From contig NC_002937.3 of the NCBI RefSeq assembly GCF_000195755.1, forward strand, positions 2,730,001-2,762,000: a stretch of DNA of 32,000 nucleotides, in the 5' to 3' direction. Under the pieces are notes generated by a model. The model was given only the letters and a program-made list of their open reading frames with translations. It ran no database searches and was not told where the DNA came from. A program made the position numbers and the translations under genes. The stretch's first letter is position 1; each line of letters opens with the position of its first letter. Shown here piece by piece: positions 31,534 through 32,000 of the stretch. This DNA is from Nitratidesulfovibrio vulgaris str. Hildenborough. GTDB taxonomy: Bacteria; Desulfobacterota; Desulfovibrionia; Desulfovibrionales; Desulfovibrionaceae.

Positions 31534-31572
31534 ATATGAAAGGAGGCTGCCTCATGCAGCCTCCTTTCATAT
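31534..31572. terminator. perfect 17-bp hairpin between the transporter stop and the GntR start
   Basis: atatgaaaggaggctgc-ctcat-gcagcctcctttcatat. It lies 27 nt downstream (minus sense) of the stop at 31599. There is no clear U-tract, and the arms contain an SD-like AAGGAGG. Confidence 0.55.
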
Positions 31573-31598
31573 CGAGCGGTGGGGGGAGGCGCGAGCGG

Positions 31599-32000
31599 CT
31601 AGGCCGCTTCCGAGAGGGGTTCGGCATTGCCACCGAGCTTGCGGTTCCAGCCCGTGTAGGCCGAGAAGACCAGTACGGCGAGCAGTGCCCATGAATACGG
31701 GTTGTACAGGGCGGCACTGATGGGGGGAACGCTGATGCCGTAGGCTTCACCCGCACTCACCACGGCGGCGTACCATGCCGCGACGACAATATGCCACGGC
31801 AGCATGAAGAACACGGTGCAGACGGCGCAGTCCATGAGGTTGGCCCTGCGCGCAGGGGCCAGGTCGAACTTCTCGCCGACAGGGCGCACGAGCGAGGGAC
31901 CCACGAGAAGTTCCGCAGGCGCGTTGGCCGATATCGGAACGGAGGCGACGACGGTGACGCCGATGATGAAGAACTCCGCCTGCCTGACAGAGCGCACGAT
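31599..32000 (-). CDS. C-terminal part of a polytopic membrane transporter (possibly NhaC/anaerobic-carrier-like); 5' end beyond the right window edge
   Basis: The frame is open to the window edge. Hydrophobic segments are FFIIGVTVVASVPI, CAVCTVFFMLPWHIVVAAWYAAVV and YSWALLAVLVFSAYTGW. The LPW...YNPYSW pattern vaguely recalls NhaC-type C-termini; family is uncertain. Confidence 0.6.
   Translation of the reverse strand: MVRSVRQAEFFIIGVTVVASVPISANAPAELLVGPSLVRPVGEKFDLAPARRANLMDCAVCTVFFMLPWHIVVAAWYAAVVSAGEAYGISVPPISAALYNPYSWALLAVLVFSAYTGWNRKLGGNAEPLSEAA

Noticed and set aside
31551-31556. ATG in the loop of the 31534-31572 hairpin, preceded by AAGGAGG on either strand, as a hidden small ORF
   Set aside because: The plus-strand reading is antisense to the transporter gene end and Gly/Arg-rich. 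The minus-strand reading is out of frame with the GntR gene and His/Arg-rich. The SD-like sequence is more simply part of the palindrome.
1-32000. Scan for CRISPR arrays, tRNA/rRNA genes, IS elements, integrases, reverse transcriptases and large defence-type ATPases or nucleases
   Set aside because: I saw no regularly spaced direct repeats, no cloverleaf-like or rRNA-like segments, and no ORFs with transposase, integrase, RT or large NTPase signatures. This was a by-eye scan, so short or degenerate elements could have been missed.

Overview
GC-rich bacterial chromosomal window. Gene content and style look Desulfovibrio-like, but that is my impression, not a computed result. I can support about 33 protein-coding genes, one riboswitch, several terminator-type hairpins and a few weak promoter/operator candidates. 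I saw no rRNA, tRNA, CRISPR array, IS element, transposase or integrase. Left to right: (1) the 5' part of a phage large-terminase gene running off the left edge (minus strand); (2) a PA2779-like small anchored protein, a C39-like cysteine-peptidase lipoprotein and a TPR lipoprotein; (3) a periplasmic solute-binding protein plus a 1000-aa triple-PAS hybrid histidine kinase; (4) a yybP-ykoY (Mn2+) riboswitch with terminator in front of a CaCA-superfamily membrane transporter; (5) a DUF3298-type secreted protein plus an alpha/beta-hydrolase-fold protein whose nucleophile elbow lacks Ser; (6) a secreted protein with a Lys-rich tail; (7) a patchwork of phage-derived fragments interleaved with envelope lipoproteins. 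The fragments are a membrane coiled-coil protein, small terminase and Zn-ribbon protein, then an AlpA-like HTH, an SSB-like OB-fold protein, a triple zinc-finger protein and a divergent XRE-S24 repressor with repeated CACA-N3-TGTG sites; (8) a GT4 glycosyltransferase; (9) a minus-strand cluster of an internally duplicated membrane protein, an output-less Cache-HAMP-PAS sensor and an orphan HlyD-type adaptor; (10) a TSCPD protein, two tandem paralogous lipoproteins, an AlaX-type editing protein and htpG; (11) a GntR/FCD regulator and the 3' end of a membrane transporter. Many long ORFs in the supplied track are antisense or out-of-frame shadows typical of GC-rich DNA and were rejected. The best candidates for something under-described are the split PA2779/C39-peptidase/TPR cluster, the Mn-riboswitch-controlled CaCA transporter, the dispersed phage-derived modules (uncoupled terL/terS, triple zinc-finger early operon) and the sensor-plus-orphan-adaptor cluster. 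None can be confirmed without database searches or experiments.
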